A stretch of DNA of 37,477 nt. Origin: Moniliella sp. 'wahieum'. Its lineage: Eukaryota. The stretch covers positions 186,001-223,477 of the forward strand of contig RSEE01000103.1 of the NCBI GenBank assembly GCA_003971905.1. The letters run 5' to 3'. Positions 1 to 10,105 of the stretch are shown in pieces. Each line of letters begins with the position of its first letter. The first letter of the stretch is position 1. Below the pieces are notes generated by a model. The model saw nothing but the letters and a program-made list of their open reading frames with translations, did not search any database and had not been told where the DNA came from. Both the position numbers and the translations under genes were made by a program.

Positions 1-489
1 TCGATCTCCCAACACACAGCGCAGCGCAGCGCTCGACGCAAAACACAGTGACCGGTGACCTAACTTGGGATTGCTTGTCACCCTCTGAGGCTACTTAAAC
101 ACTCCATTACAACTTCACACTTGTCCCACGATACCTTACGATTTCATCACATCTGCTCCCATTCCCGCGCCTGCCATCCGCATCGCTGGTATAGCTTGGG
201 CAGAAGAGCAAGCACTATGAGGGACAGTGGAAAACATAGTAAGAGCGTCATTGGCGTTGTTGCGTTGACGCGGACGTCGAGCACGTCGAACGTGGAACTT
301 CATATCAGATCTCAGAATCTCTCCGATCCGGAATTCAGACACAACCCTATGCAGCGGAGGGTGCAACCCTACTGCTGGGAGGGCTCCACCTCATTTCCGC
401 GCGGCGAGGATTTATCTCATCAAGACGCCGTACGAAGCGCCACCGCCACTTGTGCCCAACACCCAACATCCCACACCCCAACCACCGCC

Positions 490-1419
490 ATGGCGCTGTG
501 TCCCTTGTCCAGCGCTGGTAACGGCGTCCCCCCGCCGCTATCCGATGGTCCGCTACCATCACAATCTACCTCGCTGACCCTCCGCCTTTTCTCCACGGCA
601 TCACCGCTGCCAACGGCGAAGTGTGCATCAGCGACGAGGCTATCCGCTTCTCTGCCGCTCCGGGCGGAGTGAGTTTTGTGCTGGCCCCACGGCAGTGGCA
701 GTACATGCACTCAGTCCGCTTCCCCAACATCCTGAGCGGGAAGCACTTTACATCCTCATTGATGATGCCCCGGACCAAGATGAGGGCGGAGCGGTAGAGC
801 TGTGGATTTCGGCACCTGCTTCGGAGCGGGGACTTAAGGAGGCGTACGATGCCCTCTCTGAGGTGGTTAGGTTGCATACTCCATCTCCACCTACATGGGT
901 GGAAGAGGACGAGGAAGGAAAGGAAGGAGATGGAGGAGAGGGAGAAGTGGAAGAGGGAACGTTTGACGATGCGGCGGGAGATTCGGATCAGGGTTCGGAA
1001 CCGGTTGGTTCAGAATTGGAGGGAGAGATGAATTTGAGTGTCCAGGGGAAGGTATGTTGGTTCCCGATCACCGATCACACAGAAGAGGGTACTGACTGGG
1101 CTCCCTAGCGCACGCTCGCACACTTGGAGAACATCTTGGATTGGCCATCGGACATTCCTGGACCTTTCCCCGGTGCCGCAGAACAGGGTCGATCGCCTGT
1201 AGCGACCACGGCCTTGTCTGCGTCCGCGTCACTAGGGGCGGGATTGTTCCCTACCGTCACTTCTCGGGGTTGCAACCTACGTCGTTCCCGCCCTTGCCCA
1301 GTACGATTTCTGAGCCCGAGGGGGACTTGACTGCCGACTTGACTGAAGGGGCTCTGGATGATGCAGAGGAAGAGCCAACGAGCTGGCCCAAGCCAAGGCG
1401 GAACCGGAAACAACGGTGA
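490..1419 (+). CDS. pICln/Lot5-like (Voldacs domain) protein, frameshifted in this read
   Basis: ATG at 490 in good context (accgccATGg). Reconstructed across frames: NGEVCISDEAIRF...AVAVHALSP...ALYILID...VELWI...LKEAYDALSEVVRLH, then an acidic tract. Intron 1052-1108 (GTATGT...TACTGAC...CTAG) joins QGK|RTLAHLENIL, and an acidic tail reads GALDDAEEE. This layout matches pICln/Lot5. The stop is 1330 or 1419 depending on one frameshift. Confidence 0.65.
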
Positions 1420-2331
1420 CGACCAAAAAAGCCCGACGCCTTCGCTGTATTGATCTTCACAGGTCTTCCACCGGAATTCTTTGAGTTTCCTCGCTTGGGA
1501 AAAGCGCTGCTGGACCTGCTTCATGCGTATGGCGAGTTGAGGCGGTACGTGCCGCTTCCAGCCCATGGACGTGCAATCGTGGTCTATGCCCAAACCGATG
1601 CGGCTGGGCGGGCCAAGGCAAAATTGGATCGCCTGCTGATTCCGCTGGAAGGCGATGCGCCAAGCGCTTCGTCTCAGTCGGGCGAAAAGGTGGTCCACTT
1701 GCCCGCCGGCAGAGCGGGTCTAGCGCTCCGTGTGTACTTTGGCCAGAAGGGCGACGAGCTCATCTGGGCTCCCCTGCCCAGTAAGACAACGGACGAGTCG
1801 AACCACCTCATTGTACCGGCAGCTGAACGCAACTTCCTCATCTCCCCTCCTGGCAGTCCGCCTGTGGGATGGGAACCGATCGTGGAGGATGCACCCAATC
1901 GAGACACGCTGGCAGACGACTTGATTGCAGCGTTGGGGCGGTTGCGAGATGTGGGTGGGATTGCCTTTGCCGACAACGACCTTTCTTTGGACGCGCAGCA
2001 TTCCGAACCCAAGGGAACACCCACCTCCACCCCTCCGCCAGAAACCGCGCAGCTACTTGTCCGCCTGCGGACGCTCCGATGCTTGGGCACGCGGATCCGG
2101 GGGGAGGACCACAGGTGCTCATCGTGCCGCAGGGGGACATGCCTGGTTACAAGTCGTTTGCATCAAGGAGAGGGGGTAGTGCCTGCCCTGGGGGCACCTA
2201 CCCATTCCATCTCGACCGTCAAGGCCACCGTCGATGCGTTCTACGCGACCCATGGTCACATGGGAGAAGCCGGGGGGAAGCAAGGGGTGGATCATCGCCC
2301 ACCTACACCGACTCCTCCCATGCTCACCTAG
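1358..2331 (+). CDS. RCN1: Calcipressin / regulator of calcineurin (RCAN family)
   Basis: Hallmark FLISPPGSPPVGWE motif, RRM-like N-terminus (LIFTGLP...RAIVVY...LRVYFG), and a PxIxIT-like PQVLIV in an alternate frame near 2107. ORF 1450-2331 has no N-terminal ATG. The nearest ATGs (1358/1361) need a frameshift, so the start is uncertain. Confidence 0.9.
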
Positions 2332-2789
2332 CCGAGGGGGAGAAAAGGATATTCCCCACGGCGCGGCCGCGGTGGAGCTACGAGACGAAGACTAGTGGGC
2401 TTGATGGATGAAATGAACCCTTTTGAAGGAAGAGGCCATACGAAAGGGCTCCTGCAGCTCAAATTTTATCTGCTCCCATCTGTACATCTCATACCTGGTT
2501 GGTCCAGTGGATGACAGCTTGCGCCATGTCCTCTGGGCAGTATGAAGGAGTGTGCCCACACATGGGGAATCGGATGGGGGTGACCAACTTGTGATGCTGA
2601 GTGATGAGTGTGAGTGCACGTGCCTCTCTAAGAGACGAGAGATGTGGTTGTGTCCCATCCCTTGTTGCGCAGCCATCATTAGCCTCTGTCACTTCGACCG
2701 ACTCTATCCGCTGTGCTTCCTGTGGCTCATGAATGCATTCTGGGAACGGGAGCATCCGCGAGATAGGAGGTCCACCTGAGATCTGGAGA

Positions 2790-2936
2790 TCTGAAGAGGG
2801 GAGCCTGCCCACTGGTTGAGTAGAAGGGCGAGCAGGGGGTGCGCAGCCTGTGAGCGGAACTCTTCCGCCTGACCACAGGCGAGCGTCACCGATCAATGGA
2901 GGGCCGTGCTGGGGAACCCTAGCATTACCCTTCTCA
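2790..2936 (-). mobile_element. Degenerate 5' part of the solo-LTR family
   Basis: Reverse complement TGAGAAGGGTAATGCTAGGGTTCCCCAGCACGGCCCTCCATTGATCGGTGACGCTCGC...GGCGGAAGAGTTCCGCTCACAGGCTGCGCACCCCCTG aligns to the 5' half of the copies at 17853 and 24200. No TSD found. Confidence 0.75.
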
Positions 2937-3959
2937 GATCTCGCCCAACTCGTACTGAGACTGTCAGGTCGATCTTAGAACTCTCCTCCCCGACCAACCA
3001 ACAAGAGGCCAGAGCGCTGGAGAGGAACAAAGATGGCGCAAGGTGCTGGGTTGTCCCGTTGCCCTTGTCCGAGCACCAGACCAGAACAGGTCAATGAGAA
3101 AAAACTGGGATGATCAATGATTCTCATAGCCAGACCAGGCCAGACCCCGGGTGAAGATTCAAGATTCAGGCGAGGATCCAGATTCAGATTCGCCGATGCG
3201 TTCATCGAGTTCAACGCCCACAGGCCCACACACGGGTAATTGCGACTTAGCACCTAGCCCTTATACGAACCCTCTTATGCGCAGAGCAGTTACGTCCGTA
3301 CGTATTGTACCACTGCCAGGCAACACGTGCAGTCCTACGGCCTACCCCAGGAATGTGCGGGGTAGTGTGTCAGGCGGCTCTCGGATCAAATAATTGTCGG
3401 GTCACTTATTCGTAGTACTCTAGCAGTAGCCAGTAGTAGTAGGTACTAAGTCTGGAAACTCAGCACTCAGACACCTTCTAGAATGTTTCCACCCCCGCAG
3501 CACGCCCTGTGGGCGCACAGACCACCCCCTCTTCGGCGGAAGCCAGCGCCACTCTCGGCGTCTGCCGTGCCGACAGGTGGGTAACCGGTATAACAGGTAA
3601 CCGGTAACCCCGGTATCGCCTACATCGCGCGCCTCGAGAGGAAAAAAGAGAGAACATTCAATATCCATCGGCCATCTCAGTTAGTGCCTGATGAGTGGCG
3701 TGCACACAATCAGCTGCTTTGCGTGTCTGTCTCATGGCATCGCCTCCTTTCACCCGTCCGCAGTACGAGCCCGCACAAGAGAGGGCACGCGTCTTGGCTT
3801 GTACCTCAGCACGTACACGTTGAGCATCCCTCTATGTGCCCAAGTGTCTCGCTCGTGCATCATGCGTATGCAGACTGCCCATGAGCCTTTGCCCCTCTTC
3901 CCTTCAAGCTTCAGGTGGAGAGAGAGCAGCAAGCCCCCATTTGGAGCAATGCTGGGGCG

Positions 3960-3967
3960 TATTTAAA
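3960..3967 (+). promoter_or_regulatory. TATA-like box of the SDR gene
   Basis: TATTTAAA 150 nt upstream of ATG 4110, followed by a CT-rich leader. Confidence 0.4.
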
Positions 3968-4109
3968 AGGGCAGGACACGCACGACTCAATGAATGCTAG
4001 AATTCTTCAAGAACACACCCCAGCATTTCCTCTGCAACCCCACACAACACACTCTATCTCTTTCCAGCTTTTCACTACTACATCTCCCTTTTCCTCACTC
4101 ATCCGCACA

Positions 4110-5077
4110 ATGTCTACCACCTCCGCGCACAACTCGGTTCCTACAGGCACTGCCCCTCGCTTTCTTCCCGGGCTTTCGCTGACGGGCAAGTCGGCGCTGT
4201 TGACTGGTGCAGCTGGCGGGATTGGCAAGGCGATCGCCCGGGGCTACATTGAAAGTGGTGTGAACCGGATGGCGATCTTGGACTTTCATGAGGCGGATGC
4301 CAAGCAGGCCGCGCGGGATTTGATTAAGGAATACGAGGAGGAGAAACACTTGGTGCCCAAGGGCACGTTGGCCATTGAAGGGTTTGGCGCGGATGTCGGC
4401 GACGAGAAGCAAGTGGAAGTGGTGATACCCAAGGTGGCGAACTATTTGGGTCAGATTGACATTTGTTGCACGCAGCGGGCATTATTGCCAACTTCCCCTC
4501 TGAGGCGTACCCGCACGAAGATTACCGCCGCATCCGTTCCACGGACATTGATGGTGCATGGTTCGTTGCCACGCACTGTGCTCGTCATGCGCTCGAGAAT
4601 AAGTACCCGGCCTCGTTCATCCTCATTGCCAGTATGTCGGCAACGATTGTCAACCACCCGCAAAAGCAGTCGCCCTATTGTTTCAGCAAGGGCGCGGTTA
4701 AGCATATGGGCGCCGCTTTGGGCGTCGAGTGGGCCAAACAAAAGATCCGTGTCAACACCATTTCTCCGGGCTATGTTCTTTCTGATCTGAGCCGCAGCGT
4801 GCTTAAGAATGCTCCAATGGCCATGAGATGTACGAGGATTGGGTTCGGAAGACCCCGCTCGGCCGGCTGGGCGAACCGGTACGTGAAGACACCTCACCTC
4901 CTTATTCCTTCAGCTCTGTTGTGACGCGGACATCAACGAAACGAGTACTGACTTTTCTTGGACGTCGCTCTATAGGAAGATATCCAAGGCCTCGCCGTCT
5001 TCCTTGCCTCGGACGCTTCCGCTTATGTCACTGCGACCGACGTGCTTATCGACGGAGGATTCTGCAAGCAAGGATGA
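4110..5077 (+). CDS. Short-chain dehydrogenase/reductase, D-arabinitol 2-dehydrogenase / sorbose / L-xylulose reductase type
   Basis: TGAAGGIG cofactor motif, IASMSATIVNHPQKQSPYCFSK (YxxxK), IRVNTISPGY, and TPLGRLGEP|EDIQGLAVFLASDASAYVTATDVLIDGGF. Intron 4879-4975 (GTACGT...TACTGAC...TAG). Frameshifts near 4470 and 4815. Confidence 0.9.
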
Positions 5078-5745
5078 AGTCATGCACGGAACACGTGCTC
5101 TCGGTAATGAACCACTTTATTTTGCCCCACCCCACACCTCTCTTGCTCAAGTTGGCCAGCGTTCAGTTGTACAGGGGATGCTGCGGTACTGTCATAGACC
5201 GGGGATAGGTCAGCCTCAGAAGGAGGAAGCAGCATCACCTATAGATTGTTGTTGATGAGAACAGAAACAAAGCCTCCGCGAACGCAGTCTTTGATCGTCG
5301 GGTACTGGATCACTTTTTACGCCCGACATATCTCTGGCTCCCGTTGGGGGGATGATGGTCAGGGAGCAGTGAGTGTTGCCAATGACATGGATGCAGAGTA
5401 GAGAGAATCCACTTGAGGGAGTGCGAGTAGTATGACTAACTAGAGCTACTCAAGCTCACTTGAAACTAGAAGTTTGAAGCTTGACTAGCCTCAGGATTAT
5501 GACATTGAAATTTCATCCAACTAAACCCTACTCGAACGGCAGGTAGACCATCTTCGCTCGGCGCAATAATGTATTGAGTCACATCACTGCCGCAGTGCTG
5601 GACTGTGGGGATGCAGCACTGTACCTGTGTCGAAGATCGGGAGGCACTAGGGCTGCTTTGCATCTCCGTCGCTTGCCTAGGCCAGCCCAACGTCGTGGCA
5701 TCCCAACTCGCCGACTCGACACCTTCACCACCCGTTGCTCTCAAG

Positions 5746-5801
5746 GTACGCCACGCTTCAGCCACGCGTACCGTCCGAAGCTAACCGCACCTTTCTCTTA
5801 G
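5746..5801 (+). other. 5'-UTR intron of RPS11
   Basis: AAG|GTACGC...GCTAAC...CTTTCTCTTAG| ends 9 nt before the ATG at 5811. Confidence 0.75.
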
Positions 5802-5810
5802 CCACCCACC

Positions 5811-6295
5811 ATGTCCAACGTAGAGCTTGGTGTGCAGCACGAGCGCGCTTTCCAGAAGCAGCCTCTCTTCCAGAACGCCAAGGTGGCCGCTGGCAAGAAG
5901 GTCAACAACAAGACCAAGCGGTGGCACAAGGACATTGGTCTTGGTTTCAAGACGCCAGCTGCTGCGATTGGGGGCACGTACATTGACAAGAAGTGCCCCT
6001 GGACGGGCTTGGTGTCGATCCGCGGCCGTATCCTCACTGGACGTGTGGTGTCGACCAAGATGACGCGTACCATCATCCGCCGGGAGTACCTGCACTTTGT
6101 GCCCAAGTACAACCGGTATGAGAAGCGGCACAAGAACTTGGCTGCGCATGCTCGCCTGCGTTCCGTGTTGACGTCGGGGACGAGGTGACGGTAGGCCAGT
6201 GCCGCCCGCTTTCGAAGACGGTGCGGTTCAACGTGCTCAAGGTGACCAAGAACAAGGCGCTGGAGAAGGCGGCGAAGCAGTTTGGTCGTTTCTAA
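5811..6295 (+). CDS. RPS11: 40S ribosomal protein S11 (uS17)
   Basis: ERAFQKQP...IGLGFKTP...[21 protein letters not shown]...[15 protein letters not shown]. After a 1-nt frameshift near 6150: [31 protein letters not shown]...KQFGRF*. Confidence 0.97.
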
Positions 6296-6643
6296 CTTGC
6301 ATCCCGTGCATCCCTGTGTTGTGCGTGTGGCGGAGGGAGGTGGCTATGTGGCTAATGGGCTTGGGACCCCTTATGCTTTGTCTCTCCTATCTGACCTTGA
6401 TCTTCGCCTGTCGCCTGCTCAGCGAAGAGCAAGTCGTCACCAAATAAAATTCCAGGCCAGCCGCTCTACCCCTTGTGCATGCGCCTCGTGTACACTGCGG
6501 ATCCTCCGTATCCTCAGACGCCCATGCATCTATGCCTACCATTTTTGGGGTTTTTTGTAGCTCATTTCTCCGGTTCACCGGGGAAGAGGAAAGAAAGAAG
6601 CAGAGCAAACGGATGATGCAGATGTTGGATTGCGCTAGAGCTC

Positions 6644-7409
6644 CTAGTGTGAATTTGGAACGGTTGTCTCATCGTCCTCTTCTGGCTCGCGGCCGGGCAA
6701 GTACCCCGTCAAGCTGTTCCCGCTCGGATCTAGGCCATAAGCATCGGCAACAGATTGGATGCCCATCTGCTGTCCGCGCAGGCTGCCCACCAAGTAGCCT
6801 GGGATGGAGATGCAAAACGATATCCACAATGCCTGGAGCATCGTGAACCGTACCCGCTCCATAGCGGCCAAGGAGCGATAGGTGAAACGATAAAGCGGAT
6901 GAAAATGCGTGGGAGTTTCTGGGGTGGTTCAGAGGGGCTCTTACGTCCCAATGAACTTTACCACGGGGGGAGGCTTTGCCCATTGGCTGCAGCAGGTCCG
7001 GCGGGGTGGCCCGTTTCCAGAGGAGCTCGAGAGCCGAGCGGAGGGAAGGGAATCTGCGCCTCGGTTGGGATGTTGGCGGGGCAGGGGGGGGTTCGGTGTC
7101 CCTCACTGGCTCACGAGGGGGCGGACTGGCTTTCCTCTGGCCAGCAATGCGGCGGGGGGGAGAAGGGCCAGCGGAAGGAAGGGGTTTCTTGCCGCCGGAC
7201 GAAGCCCATCTTTGGAGAGATGGAAAAATCCGGATGGCCGGGGGACCAGCGACGGGGCAAGCTTCATCTGCCCGGCCGGTCCGCCGCGGGCGATGGCGCC
7301 CAACCGATTCATGCGCCTGAAGCGTCACTTGGGCCGGGGGGGGTGTGTGCCGTCGTCAGCTGGCCAGGCAATCTTCTTGCGGCGGACGCGAGCGAGCCGA
7401 GAGAGCCAT
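6644..7409 (-). CDS. Hypothetical protein with one predicted transmembrane segment
   Basis: ATG at 7409 with an Arg-rich N-terminus. Protein-like segments lie in successive frames (RRFPSLRSALELLWKRATPPDLL; AMERVRFTMLQALWISFCISIPGYLVGSLRG...EPEEDDE). No family recognised and the gene model is tentative. Confidence 0.35.
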
Positions 7410-7566
7410 GGCCAGCAGCGCTGAAATGTTCAGGTGGGCTGCGGGCGGGCGGAAGGCCAGCGGGCGGCGGCGGAACGAAGGTTGTCGGGTGGGTTTTGTG
7501 TGGGTTTTATCACGCCCTCCCGCTGGGCGGCCGGGCTTCCTCTCCACCAGCGTTGCCTCGGCCGCC

Positions 7567-9051
7567 ATGCCCGATGCTTCTGCGCCCGATGCTCCTGCGC
7601 CCGATGCTCCTACGCCGATGCTCCTGCCCTGAGCTGCTGCTACACTTGACCCTCCTCCCGACCCTCCTCTGTCCCCGTCTTGTCCCGTCCCCTCCGGCAC
7701 ACGCAAGCGGCCACGTGACGGCTCGCCCCGTCTGTCCGCTGCTGCGTCCAGCTTCCAGCCCAAAAGCCCAAGATGCGGTCGTCGTCTCCTGAGGAAGAAG
7801 GTGAACTGCGCCTGATATGGAGGAAGGAGAAGTCCCTCCTGGCCCCACAACGCCCCCACGGCCCCTACTCCCACTTCCCAGCAGAACCTTGTCTGGTCCA
7901 CGCACACCTCCCCGCCCTCGTCGCCCTCCTCCGCCTTCAAGCATGGAGCTGGACTACGACGGCGGGCAGATGGACGCGCCCGTCGAGGCACGGGCGCCAC
8001 CGTCTTCTACCGTGACCTGGACCACCCTTCTGCGCACTACAGGCCCCCACCACGACTCAGTGCTCCCTCGCGCCGACCACCTCCTATGCCTCCTATGGAC
8101 CGACCACCTCCGATGGACCGAATGCCTCCATGGGCCATGCCCCCTCCCGTCGGATACCAGGGTACGTCCTTCTTGTTGGCTTTCGCTTCTGACTTGGTAC
8201 CATAGGCTATGATCTCTGGCCCCCCACCTACCCTTATTCCAAGGACCCTATCCTCTTCCAGTTGGATTTAACCTCCCCCAAGCTCCTGCGAACTATGGTG
8301 CACCAGTCCTGCTTACCCTCCTCATGCTTTCCCAGTACCGCCGCCGAGCATGGCCCAGTCTCCGCGAGGGTACCCCTTCCCCCCTCATGACGTGGGAAAC
8401 GTGACCCAGACCCCCCCGCCACGGCAGGAGGAGAGCACAGAAGAAATGGTCGCTCATCTCGCTTCGCTTCGCGCCAAGTTGCAGGCCACGCTGCAGGCGC
8501 AGGGCGCGCAAGGCAGAATGGCGGCGTCTAGCGTGTCTAGCGTGCCTAGCGTACCAGCCGTGTCGGACCCCCCATCAGGACCTGCCAAACCGTTCAAGTC
8601 GACTTGGACCAACCCAGAACTTGCTCGGGGTCCGTTTGTGCACGAACAGGAAGTGGTGATCCCCCTTGAAGGAGAACTGGACGGGGAAAAGGACACCCCA
8701 CTTCTCTTCCCGAGCTGCAAGAAAACGCCACGGGTTTCTGCAATACCTGCTCACTGTCTGTCCCACCCCGCCAAGCTCGAGTGGGCCGACGCCGGTACTT
8801 TCTCGGCCGAAAGCAGTGCACACGGTACCGGCCAAGGAGGTACCGCCGACCCCGCTGTGGCGCCCGCCACCGAGCTGGAGATGAAGGAACGGCAAATTCA
8901 AGAGATGCAAGCGATGATCCGGGCGATGGAGAAGCGTCGTGCCAAGGCGGCCCAAGCCCGTGCCCCGACAGTTGACACGACTGCTTTACCCTGCGCCTGC
9001 CGAGACAGCACAGTCAGCTTTGTGATGTTGGATAGGTATGCCCCGCTCTGA
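7567..9051 (+). CDS. Pro-rich low-complexity protein with EEGE[LV] motifs and a coiled coil (Red1/ZFC3H1-like features)
   Basis: GCCGCCATG at 7567, PDAPA repeats, EEEGEL and MEEGEV motifs, intron 8162-8205 (GTACGT...CTGAC...TAG), EQEVVIPLE, and coiled coil ELEMKERQIQEMQAMIRAMEKRRAK. The 3' end is uncertain (possible donor GTATGC at 9036). Confidence 0.5.
7569..7627 (+). repeat. 15-bp tandem repeat (GCCCGATGCTCCTGC) x4, coding PDAPA
   Basis: Four near-identical units visible directly after ATG 7567. Confidence 0.85.
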
Positions 9052-10022
9052 TTCTGGTTGCGTGAGGCTGAACCGGTTCTTGGTGCGTTTTGTGGTTGGG
9101 AGGACAGGTAGATATGGGCAAGCAAGACGCTCAAGCCATCCGCGGTCATTAGGTCCCCTACTAACCCCCCTGCCCTGCCCTGCCCTCCCCTCGGCCTCCC
9201 CCATTCGGTACTTCCCATACCATACTCGGCACTGTCCTTTTGTTGTATGATGTGCATCGCAGGTTCCAGTCTCTTTTCTTTCATTTCGCTTCGTTTTGCT
9301 ATCCACCCATCTGCATCCCCCATCTCAGTCCAATTGCGTGAGATGCTGCTAACCCACCCACTGCCTTTATCAATTATCGTCATTACCGTCAAGTCGACTG
9401 TTTTCATGCCAAGCTGCCCCCGCCCTTTGCCCCTCCGGAGACGCCCGTCGCGTGTCTCGCAAGTTCGCCAATCGCACCTTCTTGCCATTTCTCTGATGCT
9501 TCTGGAAGTAGTCTTCATCTAGTCATAGCTAGTCACTCTTCACTCTAGTCACTGCAACGAGTCACGCGTCACGAGGGTGCTGGCCACGCTCACGAGGGTT
9601 ACTAGGTTGCTGGTGCGGCCGCCGTTGTTGATAGGATAGCGATAGCTGCTCTCCGCAGAAGGTCAGGCATTTTAGGGGAACGCGCTCATTCACCCTGCCC
9701 GGGAAGGCCCGGGTGGGCGGAGTGGAGAGATGGGCTGAGCGCAGACGCGCATTACAAAGCGTGGCCGGCGGGAGAGCACACAGCGGGCACCGCACGCGGG
9801 CAGTGTGCCTGGCGCGGCGGGGGGCCAGTGTGCATTTTTCGCGGGTTGAGCAGCGCGGCAGCCAACATAAGAATCACCGCAGGACGCGTGACGCGACATG
9901 TGACAGCCGCAGGTGGGCCCACCGCCCTTTTTGGCTTTTGTTCCCGCCAACGCCAACGCCAACGCCCTCGCCTCCCGCCTTTCCCCGCCACACGTTGTGC
10001 CCCCACATCCCTCCACCCGGCC

Positions 10023-10090
10023 CCGCCGCTGCTCCCGCGCTGCTCCCGCCGCTGCTCCCGCCGCTGCTCCCGCCGCTGCTCCCGCCGCTG
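10023..10090 (+). repeat. 12-bp tandem repeat (CCGCCGCTGCTC) x~5 upstream of FZO1
   Basis: Directly visible tandem units. Confidence 0.8.
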
Positions 10091-10105
10091 TCCACGCCCT
10101 TGCCC

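Noticed and set aside
1417..1419. In-frame TGA as selenocysteine
   Set aside because: Dikarya lack the Sec machinery, the position is in a non-catalytic linker, and I saw no SECIS.
3688..3720. CTGATGAG hammerhead ribozyme core
   Set aside because: No stem II followed by GAAA.
5060..5110. Cryptic peroxisomal signal by readthrough or alternative splicing in the SDR
   Set aside because: The stop context is TGA-AGT and the extension ends in CSR, which is not a PTS1. The GC-donor splice variants I tried did not give SKL-like ends.
5297..5370. Two short hairpins (GTCGGG/CCCGAC; GCTCCC/GGGAGC) with CTTTTTAC, suggestive of U5 or a snoRNA
   Set aside because: The U5 loop I (GCCTTTTAC), an Sm site and clear box pairs are absent, and the stems are short.
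7103..7312. NPFLP...SLR resemblance to mitoribosomal mL59/MRPL25
   Set aside because: The similarity is too short, and the downstream hydrophobic helix does not fit that family.
6755..7792. 345-aa plus-strand ORF and many other long GC-rich ORFs in the track (e.g. 13500-14321, 14734-15519)
   Set aside because: These are shadow or antisense frames of real genes in high-GC DNA, with no recognisable motifs.
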